Assembly (NCBI GenBank): GCA_904063045.1
Contig: CAJFCJ010000042.1
Span: forward strand, 62,001 to 126,000
From: Dimorphilus gyrociliatus
Lineage: Eukaryota > Animalia > Annelida
Direction of reading: 5' to 3'
DNA length: 64,000 nucleotides
Below the pieces are notes generated by a model. The model was not told where the DNA came from, ran no database searches, and saw nothing but the letters and a program-made list of their open reading frames with translations. Position numbers and translations under genes: made by a program. Of this stretch, positions 25,320-38,501 are shown piece by piece (the first letter of the stretch is position 1; the number at the start of each line of letters is the position of its first letter).

Positions 25320-25745
25320 AGGATTTTGATTGATGGAACTTATAGAGATAAAAATAATTGTAACATCTATTACCATTGCATCAATGGAACTTCTTACAAA
25401 CAAGTTTGTCCAATTGGATATTCGAAATTGAATTATGCCACAATGGAAACTATTCTGATATTGAGTATACAGCTTTTATGGTTTCAATGCAAAGTTAGTC
25501 TCATTCGCTAGAGGAAAAGTTGAATGGAGTTTGGTTAGATTTAAAGACAATAATCTTTTCCATATTTCTAATAATGAAATTGTCATCAGGCTTGTCATTC
25601 TCATGAAAAAATATTGGAAAACCTATTGGTTTGTCACAGAACAAATGGCGCAGGTGGAGTGAACACTTTAACAAGAGTTGGCTTATATTCTCCAAGTTCC
25701 CTTTTTAGGCCTAGTATTGAGCGAAATTTTGATTTAAATATGAAA
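25320..25745 (+). pseudogene. Deleted inverted paralog of the CBM14-TSP1-C1q gene
   Basis: IDGTYRDKNNCNIYYHCING, DIEYTAFMVSM and RTNGAGG..TRVGLYSPSSLFRPSIERNFD align to the 20683-22530 protein, with TSP1 and other blocks deleted. Confidence 0.8.
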
Positions 25746-26172
25746 CGGATTCATTCTTGCTTGCCCCAACTGAACAATCGTTGTATAACCAAATTGAACA
25801 AAAAAAGGGTTAAAACCCTGCCACTTTTTTAGACAGCTTATGTTGCTTGTCAGGTAATTATGCTATTATTTCTAATGACTACATTCATGAATATTGTCAA
25901 TTATCATTGTCACAAGCAATCAAGAAGAGTTGATAGAAGAATAATTGATAGAAAATCATTGAATTGTGTTATCAAATTGACTAAATTTTCTGCTTTTGTA
26001 AAATTGATGTCAGTATGTAGTTTACAAAAATTAAATAATTATTTCAATGAGAAAAGTTGTGTTCAATTTTTCAAACTATTATCTCTAAGGATATAAAAAC
26101 TTTTCTATACATAACTTGAGTATCATTGGATTGATGAGCACTAACAAAATATATACATACAGCAAAACAAAG

Positions 26173-29036
26173 ATGAAAGTATACATCATTTTGTTCACTC
26201 TTCTCTCATTTCTTTGTCTTCAAGTAAATTCAAAAAGTAAATATTAAAAAATTGAATTTATAATGTTTTTCTATCTTCCTTTCTTTCCTTCCTTCCTCTC
26301 TTCTTTAGCTATAAAAAAAACAACGTGTGCAGAATTTACTACCAAACTTTTAGACTGGATTGACAATGATATGGCCAATGTTTTCAGTAAAAGAGAATAT
26401 GAAAGAGCAATGAGTGTGTTATTTAATAATCATTTATACGAAATGCTAAAAGATCAAGACAAACTAACAAAAACCATCTGTACACTTTTGAACAGTAAAA
26501 CAATGACAGAAATAAGCAAAAGACTAACTGAGATTGTTGGAATGAAAGCACTTCCAGAAGAAATGGCTTATTACATAAGAAGAGAATATAAACATTTAAA
26601 ACCTTATGTAGAAGATGGTAAATTCTTAGAAGCATTGGAAGTTTTAAATGAACTATTAAAATTTACTCGTGAAAATATCATTAATGAAAATGTGTCGACA
26701 AAATCGGAATTTATAGAGAAATATTCAAAATTAATGCGTCATATGTCTTTGAAATATGATTCAAACTGGTGGAATAATAGATATACTATGAATATAATTC
26801 GAATTTTTATCAGAACATTGCAGTTCTGGAGAACAGAGGATGCTTCCAAAGGAGCTATTGCAGTAGTAAGAGGTGAGAACTTTGGTGTTATTTATACAAA
26901 GGTCACTCAAAGGATTTCTGAAGAATAGTTACACTTTTTTCTAATTCAAAAAAATTCCATAGCTTCCCAAAAGTGTTGAACAGCTTTAAAACCTTGCTGT
27001 TTAAAGCATTCCATACTAATCTCTTAGGTGATGACAGTAACAATAATGAATCACTAATAAGGTGAGTTAGGCCTAGAGAAAAATATTGTACTCATTAGAT
27101 AACTAATAGGCCTATTATAATGATATGGGGGGGGATTTGAATGTACCTGTGGAGAATTCAAACATACCCTAATGTAATTGGCAACATTTTCAAAATGTGT
27201 ACATTAGCTCCAAACCCCTATTATAACTAATCTTAACAGAAACTATTGAGGTGACCATATACAACATATTAGACTGGTTCTAAAATACTAGATCATTCAT
27301 TATCTTTTCTTCATTAACTCAGCTAAATATGTCAATGATACAGACAAGTACACTGGTGAATCACTCGAGAATTTATTTGTATATACTTACAATTTGGTGG
27401 CAAATATATCTGATGACAAAATCAATAAAGTGATACAATCCTACAAAAGAGGATATCAACTAGTTGAATTTGTTTACTTAACTGGCATCTTTACCCTTCC
27501 AGCATGTACTTATGATAAAATTGCAGATCAACTGATTACCTTTGTCAGTAATAATCTAGAAATTATTACAAAACAATTTGCCCCATTTGCTTATCCATTT
27601 TTCAGGGGAAAATTATCAAATGCTGCCGATTTCAAGATACAATTTTGTAATATAATCAACTCGAAAGATAAGAGGGAATTGAATAATAAATTGGCAATAT
27701 ATCTAGAAGTTTCGAGATCATATATTGAATATTATGAAGAATCAATAATTCCATTTCTTCATCCCTACAATTCCCTTTCAAAATCTATTGAAATTTCTGA
27801 AAAACTATTATCATTTATTGGACATACAAAAATAATTTTAGAATGGCCAATTAACATTCCATTAAGCAAAATTCAGTCATTCTTAGATGATTTACTGGAT
27901 ACTTATGGTGAAAACTGGTTAAGATACATTGATCCTGTTTTTCAGTTTGGTATTAGTGATTTTAAAATGACTAGATTAATGAATAAAAAGTTGGCAAATT
28001 CATTCAAAGGTTTAAACTTGTTGTTGTTTTTATCCATCTCTCTCTCTAAATAATCTGTTCAATTTTAGGAGTTGAAAATGATGAAACATTCCTCATCAAT
28101 TTAGGTTTTTCAAATAAACTTGGATTGAAATATATGCTTAAAAATATCAGAGAATTCATGCTTGATGCTGAGGAGATGGTCAATTTAAAAATTGGCATAA
28201 AACTCGCCAAAGAACTTTTAGTTACTTATCATGATTTTGAGAAAATAGGTTTAATTGACCTAATTAAAACACCATCTAAAAATTGTGATTATAGTAAACA
28301 TAAAATAATTAAAGATGTTGTAAAATTTTGGCAAAAGAATAGATACATGATATATACTATAATACCTATATTAGAAAAATATACAAATACCAGTTTATCT
28401 CTTTTCTATGAACCTGATATTGTTTTAGAATTTGTATGCAATATTCTAGAATCTTCTGAAAGCGAATTACTATTCAATTTCTTTGGTTTTATTGGTACTT
28501 CCGACTACTATTATTATGGATCTCTCACTAGCAGAATCATTGAATTTAGTCAGAGAAATTATATTAATGATAATATTTTAAAAACAACCATAAATCTTTG
28601 GATAGAGATCTTGGATGGATATAAACAATTTCATAGAATGAGAGATAGTGGAGATGATCCAAAAGATGTTGAAAAATTTGTTGAAAATCGGTTAAAAAAC
28701 ATCACTGAGGCATTCGGACAGGATTGGACAATGAAATTAGTTCCAAATGAAAGCTACAAATACAACTTCCATTATAGTTTTATGAATTATTATGATTTTA
28801 AATTGGTGACCAAGGCTATTGTTCATTCCTACAGTTTAGATGAATTCAATGAGAAAATGAACTTTTTATACGAGAGGGCAGAAACTAGCAAAATGATGTT
28901 GGGTGTTATTCAAAGTCTTGTTAATACTGATTGGAGAGAAATTATACCACTTGTTCATGAAATACGTAATCTTTTAATTCAATTTGGACAAACAAATTCA
29001 GTGCATAATTTGATGAAATTACTTTATAAATATTAA
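26173..29036 (+). CDS. Unrecognised secreted alpha-helical protein, 760 aa, 4 exons
   Basis: Exons 26173-26236, 26309-26872, 27323-28009 and 28069-29036 join through phase-1 GT-AG introns into 2283 nt with no stop. The N-terminus MKVYIILFTLLSFLCLQVNS looks like a signal peptide. Confidence 0.75.
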
Positions 29037-29042
29037 GAATAT

Positions 29043-29677
29043 TGTACAACTTTGGTTATATTTTACATGCTTGAACTCTATTATTTTATGCAACATATAC
29101 ATGTACATCTTAAAACCTACGCAAGAAAATGCTAAAACATTGGCCAAACATAAGTCTGATTAGTCAGCTTGAAGGTTCATCTTTAATTACCAATAAAGGT
29201 TTGGCCAAGTTATAATTTAATTAACTTGCCTAGGGTGTGGCCAAGTTATAATTCAATTAACCTTCCTAAATGTTGAACCTTGTAACATCCTGTTACTAAA
29301 GATAAATATGAACTACACATTTTGGCAACTGTAAAGTGATGATTGGATGTCAGAGACAAACCTCAAAGTATATAAATCCTTATTATTCTCATTTGGCATG
29401 CAGCTTCCATCTGGACCCAAGGACCTGGGAAAATCATCTGGAAACAACCTCCACTGGAACCATCCATCTACTCCTCAACATTGGAAGACAGTTTGGTAAT
29501 TTGGCAACCTGCTTTTACAAACTATCTACTCTGCTATCGAACTCTCATATTGTTACTTGCTTAAGTATTATTATTGCGAATAAACCGTTTTAATTTAAAC
29601 ATTTGTTTAAAGGTTCGAGTAGAACCAGTATTGTTATAACTTGCAAACGCATAGATTTTGCCAGCAAGAGCAGTACA
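29043..29677 (+). mobile_element. Solo LTR family R2 (635 bp)
   Basis: TGTACA...AGTACA termini with ATAT on both flanks (4-bp TSD). A partial second copy lies at 45421-45875. Strand is arbitrary. Confidence 0.7.
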
Positions 29678-31037
29678 ATATTTTTAAATCAACACCAATT
29701 TTGAAGCTTTATTTCAAAAAATTTCTTACATTAAAGTAGCAAATGCCATTATAGAATCAGATTATGGTGAGAAATTAATACTACCTGCTAGCTGCAAATG
29801 CTAGAATAGGGGTGACAGTCCTACCTGAGTTCAAATGTAGGGTTAGGTTTTGGTTTGGGTTGGGTTGGGTTGTAGGGTTTAACCACTCACAAAACAAATA
29901 ATCATCAACTTGCTGTTGTTGTTGTGGGTCACTCTTATTCAATTATTTGGGTTAGGTCTTGGAGTTAGGGATTAGCACAACCAGTAAGAGTTGATAATCC
30001 CCTTATTGCACTCACACTATAAGCACTATTAGGCCATGGTTAGTGTGGCTATTAGGTACTACAATGACCTAAATTTCCAAAGTTAAAAAAAAAGAAAAGT
30101 AAATTAATCAATTCTCATAAGATTGAATTTGTAGTATTGAATATTTGTCAAGGACATTTGAAAGTCAAATATTTCAACACATATTAAAAATGTCAATGTA
30201 GATGCATTTTTTACAAAATCATGTTATCTTTGACATTGAATCATGGGTACTTTTGTACAACACTAGGCCTAGGAAATATAGTTGATGATTTGACTAGAAC
30301 TACATTACAACAGTAGAGTGTCCTTGACATTGGCTTTAGGATATAAGGAGCAAGCTATTCATTAGGTTTTTCTTTATAGTATTATTTGACAGACCTTTGT
30401 AACAAGTGATAAAGATTTCTTGGCTCATCTGAAAAAAACATCTTGTAAAATGAGTTTTAAACAAGCTATTAAAATGAACTTTGAAGAAACAAGTTTGTTT
30501 GAATAGAGTTAGATCTGATGTCACAATGTGCATTCCAAGTAAACAAATAATAGGAAAGGCCATATAACTGTTTATCTAACCATAATAAAAGTTTTGAATA
30601 TGACCTGGCTAAAAATAGCCTCCTTTAAAACTATAAATAATCAGAAAGCTGAGTTGAATCATTGAATTTAGAATACTTGAAAATATGCAGAAATTCTATG
30701 CAGGCATTTTAAATTTAATTTTACTGCAAAGCTCATTGCAGAAGCTTTTGATCAACGAAATAAGTTATCCTGGCAAATATATTGAACTTAAATATGCTGA
30801 TTCAGCTCCTTTGGATATAAGTCCTACTTATCTTAATGGTGTAGTCTGTTAATGGAGAAGAAATTTTTGATTCTGTTGTAAAATTAGAAGGTACATTACA
30901 ACCAAATGAAATTGTAAGAGTTACATATAATGATAACAGAAGAAAAAGATCAATTGAAGCAGCAGGAGATTATCTATGTGATATTAAACCTGTGCCTCTA
31001 GCATTTGTGTTAACAAATTGTATGTATATCAACATTT

Positions 31038-33304
31038 GGGTACAGGACAAAACATCCACTGGAGAAAATGTCCAATAGAGGAAATGACTAATAGAGGATT
31101 TAATGTGGGAAGAAAATATTAGATATAGAGAGTTATGAGGGAAATTTGAAAGTAAAACCAAATAAGAAGAATTGGAGATATTTGAATATGAATATATTAA
31201 ATAAGTACAACTAAAGACTAATATCAGGTCTAAAATTAGGAAAATTTGAAATGGTACACATTGGAGCTTGAGTTATAGAGACTGTTGAAGGTGTGCCAGC
31301 TAATGTTGAACTCAGTTTTTCCCCATAACCTTTACTACATTTTAAGCAAATATCAGAATTAGACCTCTTTTTACACAAATCACAACCCTCAGGACAAGGG
31401 AAGCAGCTGCCAATCATACCATGAAAACCATATGTAGATGAGCATTTGGAAGCATAGCATAGAGGAGATGCTGCCTTATCATCTTTAAAGTAGCATTTTG
31501 TACATTTTGGTGGGCATTCTACACTCAAAGAGAGTAAAAGTTGTAAGGAAATGTTTACAAAACAAAAAACAATTATTTACAAACCGTGGTAAGTTCCATC
31601 ATTCTTTCTTGGCCATGATCTTCCATTTTGATTCTCAATACAAGAATGACTTGTACTAATGCCGTTGTATTTTATTTTTGAGTTTCCTATGTTATATGCA
31701 CAGGAAAGACAATTTTCTGGACACTTACTGCAAAGGTGAAGCATTTAAGGCATAGCCATTTTTGCAACTATTTGATAAACAAATAAGCCTTCCATTAGAG
31801 CGTTGACATTTCAGATCAATGGGCAGGGCAAGAAGAACACACTGTGACAAACAATGACAACAAGCTGTTCATCACATTCATGACAATTTTCTGGACAAGG
31901 TAAACACTGGTTTTCCTTTAGGTAATAGCCACTTTTACAGTAAATACATTTCAATGTGCCCTTACTAACTATGTGCCCTTGTACTAACCTTTACATTTAC
32001 CCAGGTTATCTAATTTGTATCCATCTTCACACATTGAGCATTTTCCTTTGAGCAATTTTGAAAAGTGTTAAAATTAATGATGACTCTTGGAACATTATTC
32101 CTCTTATAGGCCTGATTTTTAGTGTTATAATAAAATTATTATAAACCATTTTCAGCAGCAGTGACAATTTTGAATGCTGGACAAAACATCCCCTGGAGAA
32201 ATCTTTCCTTGAATATAATTAAAAATGTCTTGTATTATTTATGATTGTGAAAAATATTTAATAAGTATAGAAAATGTATTTTGAAAAAAATATCAATATG
32301 ACAGGACATTGTCCAGTCAATGTCAGATTTTCTTTATGTCATGTTCAGTAGATGATTTAAGGGAATTATGGAGAAAACGTCCCCTGGAGAAAATGTCCAT
32401 TGGTTAGAGAAAATGTCCACTGGTTGGAGAAAACATCCACTATGTGAAGAAAATATTAAAAAATACTTTTTCAAATTTGAATTATTATTGATTTTGAGAC
32501 ATATCCAATACATTCCCATATTGTAATCACTTTTGGTAGCCATTTTGAAATCCAGACAGGAAACAGTTCTGGGATCTTCTATGTTTTTCAGAGAAAGTTT
32601 TCTCCAGGGGACGTTTTCTCCAGGGGATATTTAAAAATTAAAATGGCGGAACTTGATATAACATAGAATAGAAGAATTGAATATAGAAAGTATAAAAATT
32701 ACATACTACACCTAACCCTAACCCTAAATAATAGAAAAGTGATAGAAACACTTGGAATATTGACTTTAACAAAAAAATTTATTCAATATTTCAGGTGATA
32801 ATCAGGAGATAATCATTTCAAATATCATAATTTCCTACAAAATGATATTGGGAAATTAAGAATACCACAAAGATCTCCATACTATCATCCTACTTTTGAA
32901 TCTAAGAAAACTACCTTGCATATGAAAATATAGAAGAGTGGAGAGAATTTAAAACTGAACAAGAGATATTTATATATTAGCATATACATATCTAAAATAT
33001 TAAAATTTCAAAAGAGAGAAACCAACCTAATACTATTTTAAACTGTATTCAAAGTTTACAGTTTCCATGGTACAATCATTTATTGATTAGAAAATTTGGG
33101 GCCAACAGAAAATGTCCCCAAATGAGATTTTTGAAAGCAACATTTCGGATTGAAAAATGGTTAGGAGGGGTAAAGTAGCTTTTAATTTATAGTTAGGGGG
33201 GTTCCATCTAAGGGTTAGGAGCAATCAAAAAGGTTAAGGAGAGACAAGGGCTAGGTTAGGGTTAGGGTTAAATCATGAATTTGGGGACGTTTTCTGTTGT
33301 ATCC
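31038..33304. mobile_element. Composite non-autonomous MULE-like region G
   Basis: GGA(C/G)AAAAC(G/A)TCC repeats are forward at 31038, 32178 and 32361-32435, and inverted at 32597-32630 and 33282-33304. Termini GGGTAC and GGATAC. No TSD, so it may be more than one element. Confidence 0.55.
31229..32050 (-). pseudogene. Furin-like Cys-rich repeat gene relic, copy 2
   Basis: ORF 31211-31528 plus upstream KCIYCKSGYYLKENQCLPCPENCHEC and KCPENCLSC, with frameshifts. Confidence 0.75.
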
Positions 33305-33579
33305 GAAAATTTTTTTATTATTAATTTGACCTTTTATAAAAAGATATAAAAAATTTATTAGTTTTACAATTAATTACTTAACTTATTCCTTTTTTCAAAA
33401 TATTAATCATAAATACTTGAAAAACAACTCATTACCAATAGAGGACACTTTAATATATTAATACTCTAGCTGTTGATAATTTGCCAATCATATATATCAC
33501 ATACTTGGCTCTTATGTTATCTACAACATGATTTTGTCCTGTCAAATGTTAATTGTCAGTGTGAGATTATTTTGAGTTT

Positions 33580-34585
33580 TTGGACTTTTTGAAAGTGAAA
33601 TTGAGGAGTGTAACATTGAAATTAGTCAGAGAATTCGTGTTGGAGGGGAATATTCTCATTCTGAGAGATATTGCTTAGTTTCAAAACAGAAAGCATTCAA
33701 TTGTTATCAAGCTGGATATGGATGTTATAGATCAAAAAATTATATTCAAGGATTCAATTACAGACAGGGCTTTATCACAGGAAGAGATAATGGAATCCCA
33801 TTCATACACAATGTAATTGATGCTAAGGCTTGTTCAATGGAATGTTTGAAGTTAGCAGCTTGCAAATCCTTTATTATGGTTAAGGAAAAAGTTAATGGAA
33901 CTCATTGTTTTCTAAAAAATGATGGATTTATTACAATTGATACTAATTCTAGTATCATTGCAGTGGTTTATGACAAATTGACTTATAAGACTCTAACCTG
34001 TCAACCTGCACTTTAAAAGAGGCAGGTTATGCATCAGGATTCAGGACATACATGGCTTGCACTGCTAGATGTACAGGAGATTGTGACAGTTTTATCATAA
34101 TGACAACTTATTGTGTAAGATTTAAAGCTTGCACACCAAGAAATTTACTTTTCAATGATAAATTCATGTGTTCAAAATCACTTCCAGACATTCTGCCCAA
34201 TTCAAATATTGAAAAAAGTAGTTTAAAAGTGATGACTGATTCAAATATGCTGACCTGTTTTCAGCCAAATTATATTCCTTTTATAATTAGATATCCCTAT
34301 CCAGGTGTTGATAAAGACCTCAATGCAATTCTGGTAGCAGTTAAGGGAAAATATTTATCATGCTTAAGCAAGAACCTTGACATGAACTTGATTGTTTTTA
34401 TCCCACCAAAAGTTGAATATTTCATAAAATACTCTGGATTGTATAGAAGTTGCAGTATATTAAATGCAAACAATACTGTTTGTAATTACAGTTGCTCATG
34501 TATAAATAGATATTGTGAAGGTATTTATATAAAAATGTTTCCAGAGGTGATTAATCCAATAATATGTGAAATTTCTTTTAAATAA
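33580..34585 (+). pseudogene. PAN/Apple-domain protein gene, frameshifted
   Basis: ACSMECLKLAACKSF..HCFLK and ACTARCTGDCDSF. Frame break near 34015. Confidence 0.6.
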
Positions 34586-34691
34586 ATAGAATAAACATAT
34601 ATCTATTGATATAAATGACTCTGTCTGTATACTTAAATATGAAATAGACAATTCTAAAAAAAGTTAGCAATGATTAAACCCAGCCTTGTGT

Positions 34692-35339
34692 TTACATTAA
34701 AATTGCTCTATTTCCATTATTGGAGCAATTATTATTAGTTTTAGGAAATATCTTGAACTTGAAATGATTCTTGAAGATTATTTTTATATGAGAATTGCTT
34801 ATGAGTACTATAAGTGAATTAATAACTGTTGGAGAAATTATCAAAAGCTCTACCAAAACCGCTTTTCCACCAGATATTACATATTGATTTAAAGATATAT
34901 CCTTAAGTTGATATAGATAGCACAGCCATAATATGAAAACTAAGATTAGTTTATATAATGTAGCTTTTGAAGATGCTAATATAGACTGAACAGAATTCAT
35001 CTTCAATTGCATAGATCTTGTATGCTTTCTAACTAACCTTAACAAAAGGAAATGAAATATTAAAGATGGTATAATTGGTCCAAAATAGAATATAAATAAT
35101 ATAATCACAGAGGCGATGTCTGTTGAAATATAACCATAGCATATATGAGATTTCTCACTTGGTAACAATAAAGGCATAGATGAACCAAGAAGACGAAGTA
35201 TGTTAAGACAAATTGTTGCAATAATCTGAACCTTTGGAACACAAAAGTAATTGAATTTAAACTGAAAATATCTTGTTACAAATGCACCTAACAAATTAAC
35301 CTGAGCTTGAACATTTACACAACTGGGAACTGTAATCAA
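34692..35339 (-). pseudogene. Divergent GPCR-like 7TM fragment (about TM3-TM7)
   Basis: Four or five hydrophobic helices, a basic loop RLVRKHTR and a TM7-like ISPTVINSLIV. The mariner relic lies just upstream. Confidence 0.45.
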
Positions 35340-35709
35340 AAGTACACAAAAAATTGGTGATATATTAGGTGCAATCTGTATATTGTAGACATTTTGTATT
35401 TTTAGCTCTAATAGTAAACTAATTTGAATAATATTTGTTTAATGTCATAGCCTATAGTCTACTCTATAAAAATTAACTATTTGAGTTTTTAATAGTCCCC
35501 CCAATTGTTTATACATGTCTGCCATTTGGATAGTAGTAAGTCAATGCCATTCCAATAAAAGGAAGATGGTTTTCTCCTTAGAAATTCCCTGATATCTTTT
35601 TTTAGCTCATCTAAATTATCATAGTTAACTCCCCTGATATGATTTTTTAGTCGTCCAAACAAGTAACAGTCAGATGGAGCCAAATCAGGGCTGTATGGGG
35701 GATGTGGAC

Positions 35710-38372
35710 GGCTTAGGGTCAGAACGCCCCTGGTCAGTACGCCCCAGGTCAGAACGCCCCAATTTTGGGTCAGAACGCCCCATTCTTGATTTTGAACGCC
35801 CCACTCATGAGTCAGAACGCCCCCCTGATTTTTGAAGAAAATAATATGTTTTAATGCTGTACTTATTAAATTAAAAAAAGTCAATTGAATATAAATTATA
35901 TATGCATAATGTATTTTTTGTCTTAAAGTACAAAAGCTTAAACAAATATAATAAGTGATCACAAAAAAAGAAATAATTTTTCAAGGAATGTTCAAGTCAA
36001 TTAAACCCTTTAAGAGATTATCTAAACTTAATTCTCTTTCTTTAAACTTCTTCCACAACTCAAAGATAATATCCTGCAAATCTTTATATTTATTCTTCTG
36101 ATTCTGTCTCATTTTATTTTCCACCAACATATCCTCATAAACTTCAATAAGGCTGCTTTCTCTATGAAGTTCAGTGATAAGAGTATAAAAGTTTTCATTG
36201 CTTTTCAAATTTTGATTGATTCTTGTATGCCAAGACTCTACATGATTATTTGTACAAACTATTAATTTATAAACTGACCAATTTTCTGGTTTCCAAATAT
36301 TGCTTTCAATATAAATAGATTCCATATACTCAAGAAGATCAGCATATAAATTCAGTTCCAAAAGTTCCTCTTTAATTTGATAAAACTTTCGTTTGATGAA
36401 TGATGCTGGTAAGTATGCTAGACACATTAGTTTTCTTAACACATTTCCTTTATAACCTTTCATTTTATAGTCCTTGATGTATCCTAATTTCTAAAAAGAA
36501 AATTTGTATTTGTTAATTTCTTAATTTCACAAATTAAATCTGTAACAGAATTGTTATAATTACTTTAATTTACCTGTATGTTTTTAAGAATTGGTTGTTT
36601 AAAATGAAAAGCACATCCTTGTAGATCAGAATCAACAAAAGCATTTTTTAAAGATATCCAAAGAGCTTTTTCAAAATCAAGAACAAACTTTTTTGGGCTT
36701 TTTCCATCTATTAAGATTTTTAACTCCTTGTAAAGAAAAATATATCTTTAGAATTTTTACTCAAATATTTACTTTAGAAAGCCAACCTCAAATATCAATG
36801 AATAATGTTTCTTCTTCTTTCCTGTCATGAGGACAAACATTAAAGGAACTTGTTTATATTCACCTTCTTTTCTTATAAATCCATGAATTGTAAACAATTT
36901 TTAAAAAGGTTTTCTCACAATTTTAAATGTGGCATCAATAAACCATATCTTACAATGTTTCAATAATTTAATTTGATGGTCAGTTGCAAACATGTTTTGG
37001 CTTTTCTTCCCTTTTATATCTTTTAAGACAAAATTATCTGGAATTTCATTTAAATTTAATTCAAACATAATGTTTTCTGGGTGCTTTGGTCTGGCACCTT
37101 CTCTGTATCTTTTAGCAGATCTTTTCATGACATCAATGCTTGGAATATGAGAAATATCCTTTCTGAACTTCAGACTGATATCTTCTGCAATTCTTTTACC
37201 AGATTTGTCTTTATCAATAATTGCAGCTTCCTTTAAATTTAACCTTGCTTCAATAATTTTTCTCATATCATTTTTCTCTCTTTTGTGAATGTGATTAGAA
37301 TTTTTCAAAATGAACTTTAAATCTTTTTGAATTACAGATGCAAGACATGGTGATTTTTTAGTTCTTTGACTACATTTCCAGGTAATGGTTGTTTTAGTTG
37401 ATCTTTTTACAGTATAAGTAAAATTATTGTGAAGAAGAATATCTTTTCCTTTTCTGCTCCCATTCTTAAATATTTCAAAATCATGTTTTAAATTATCATT
37501 TAGACAAAGCTCTCTTGTATCATTAAAAGAAGATTCATTATTTATATCAATTCTTCTTACAACTGGACTATTTTCTGTAACAATTTTAGCAGGTTGATGT
37601 TGATCTTCTCTTGAAATTCCATCATTATCAATATCAATATCTTTATCACAACTCTCCATTCCATTATTCCCTGGAGTACTTGAAACATCAGGGAAATTAG
37701 ATTCAAAGTCAAAAGATAACCTCAGCTATAGTAAAACATTAAATAGTTTTTTTAACAGATATTTGTTAAATATTTTGTACCTGTTCAGAACTTGAACTTT
37801 TACTAACAGTTTCATTTCCAAATACTTTTGAACATGTTGGTGATTTTTTGTTTTCCAGCTTTTTTATTTTAACAATTAGCTTTTTGTTTTTTATTTTAAA
37901 ACAGTCTATACAATAATCTGCATCTGAGGAAATGGTTAAATAGAAAAGAAATATTAAAGAATAAAATCTTACTATTTGAACATTTAGCATGGTAAAAGTG
38001 CCTACATAATTTGCATCTAAACTTCTTTTGAGTCCAATGAAACTTCTTCATACATTTCAAACAAGTTTTTAAATTCATCCTCCTTTTTTCAGTGAGACAT
38101 TAACAGCAAAAAAATTAATTATACTAAGATGAATTATATTTAAGCAACACAATTTCTGAGAATAAACTGATAAAAAAAAACTGGTAAAAATATTTATAAT
38201 AACTGGTATTTAAGAATATTTTTCTCTCAGCATTGTTTTCTATAATTCTCTAAAGAGAGTGGGCGTTCTGACTCATGAGTGGGGCGTTCAAAATCAAGAA
38301 TGGGGCGTTCTGACCCAAAATTGGGGCGTTCTGACCTGGGGCGTACTGACCTGGGGCGTTCTGACCCGACCC
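35710..38372 (-). mobile_element. MULE-C
   Basis: TIRs of about 115 bp made of GGTCAGAACGCCCC units, nearly perfect. Perfect 9-bp TSD GATGTGGAC (35701-35709, 38373-38381). PHD-FLYWCH-DDE exons with a premature TAA at 36901-36903. Confidence 0.95.
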
Positions 38373-38501
38373 CGATGTGGACATATAGACCATCCCTGAT
38401 TCATCATAAAATCTGTTGTGTATAGACTGGTATGGGGTCTGGCATTATCATGTTGTAAAATGATCTGTTTTCCAGGCCTTATCCTATGCAGTCTCTTTCT
38501 T

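Noticed and set aside
33245-33270. Interstitial telomere or chromosome fusion site
   Set aside because: Only 2-3 degenerate units, embedded in repeat relics, with no head-to-head array.
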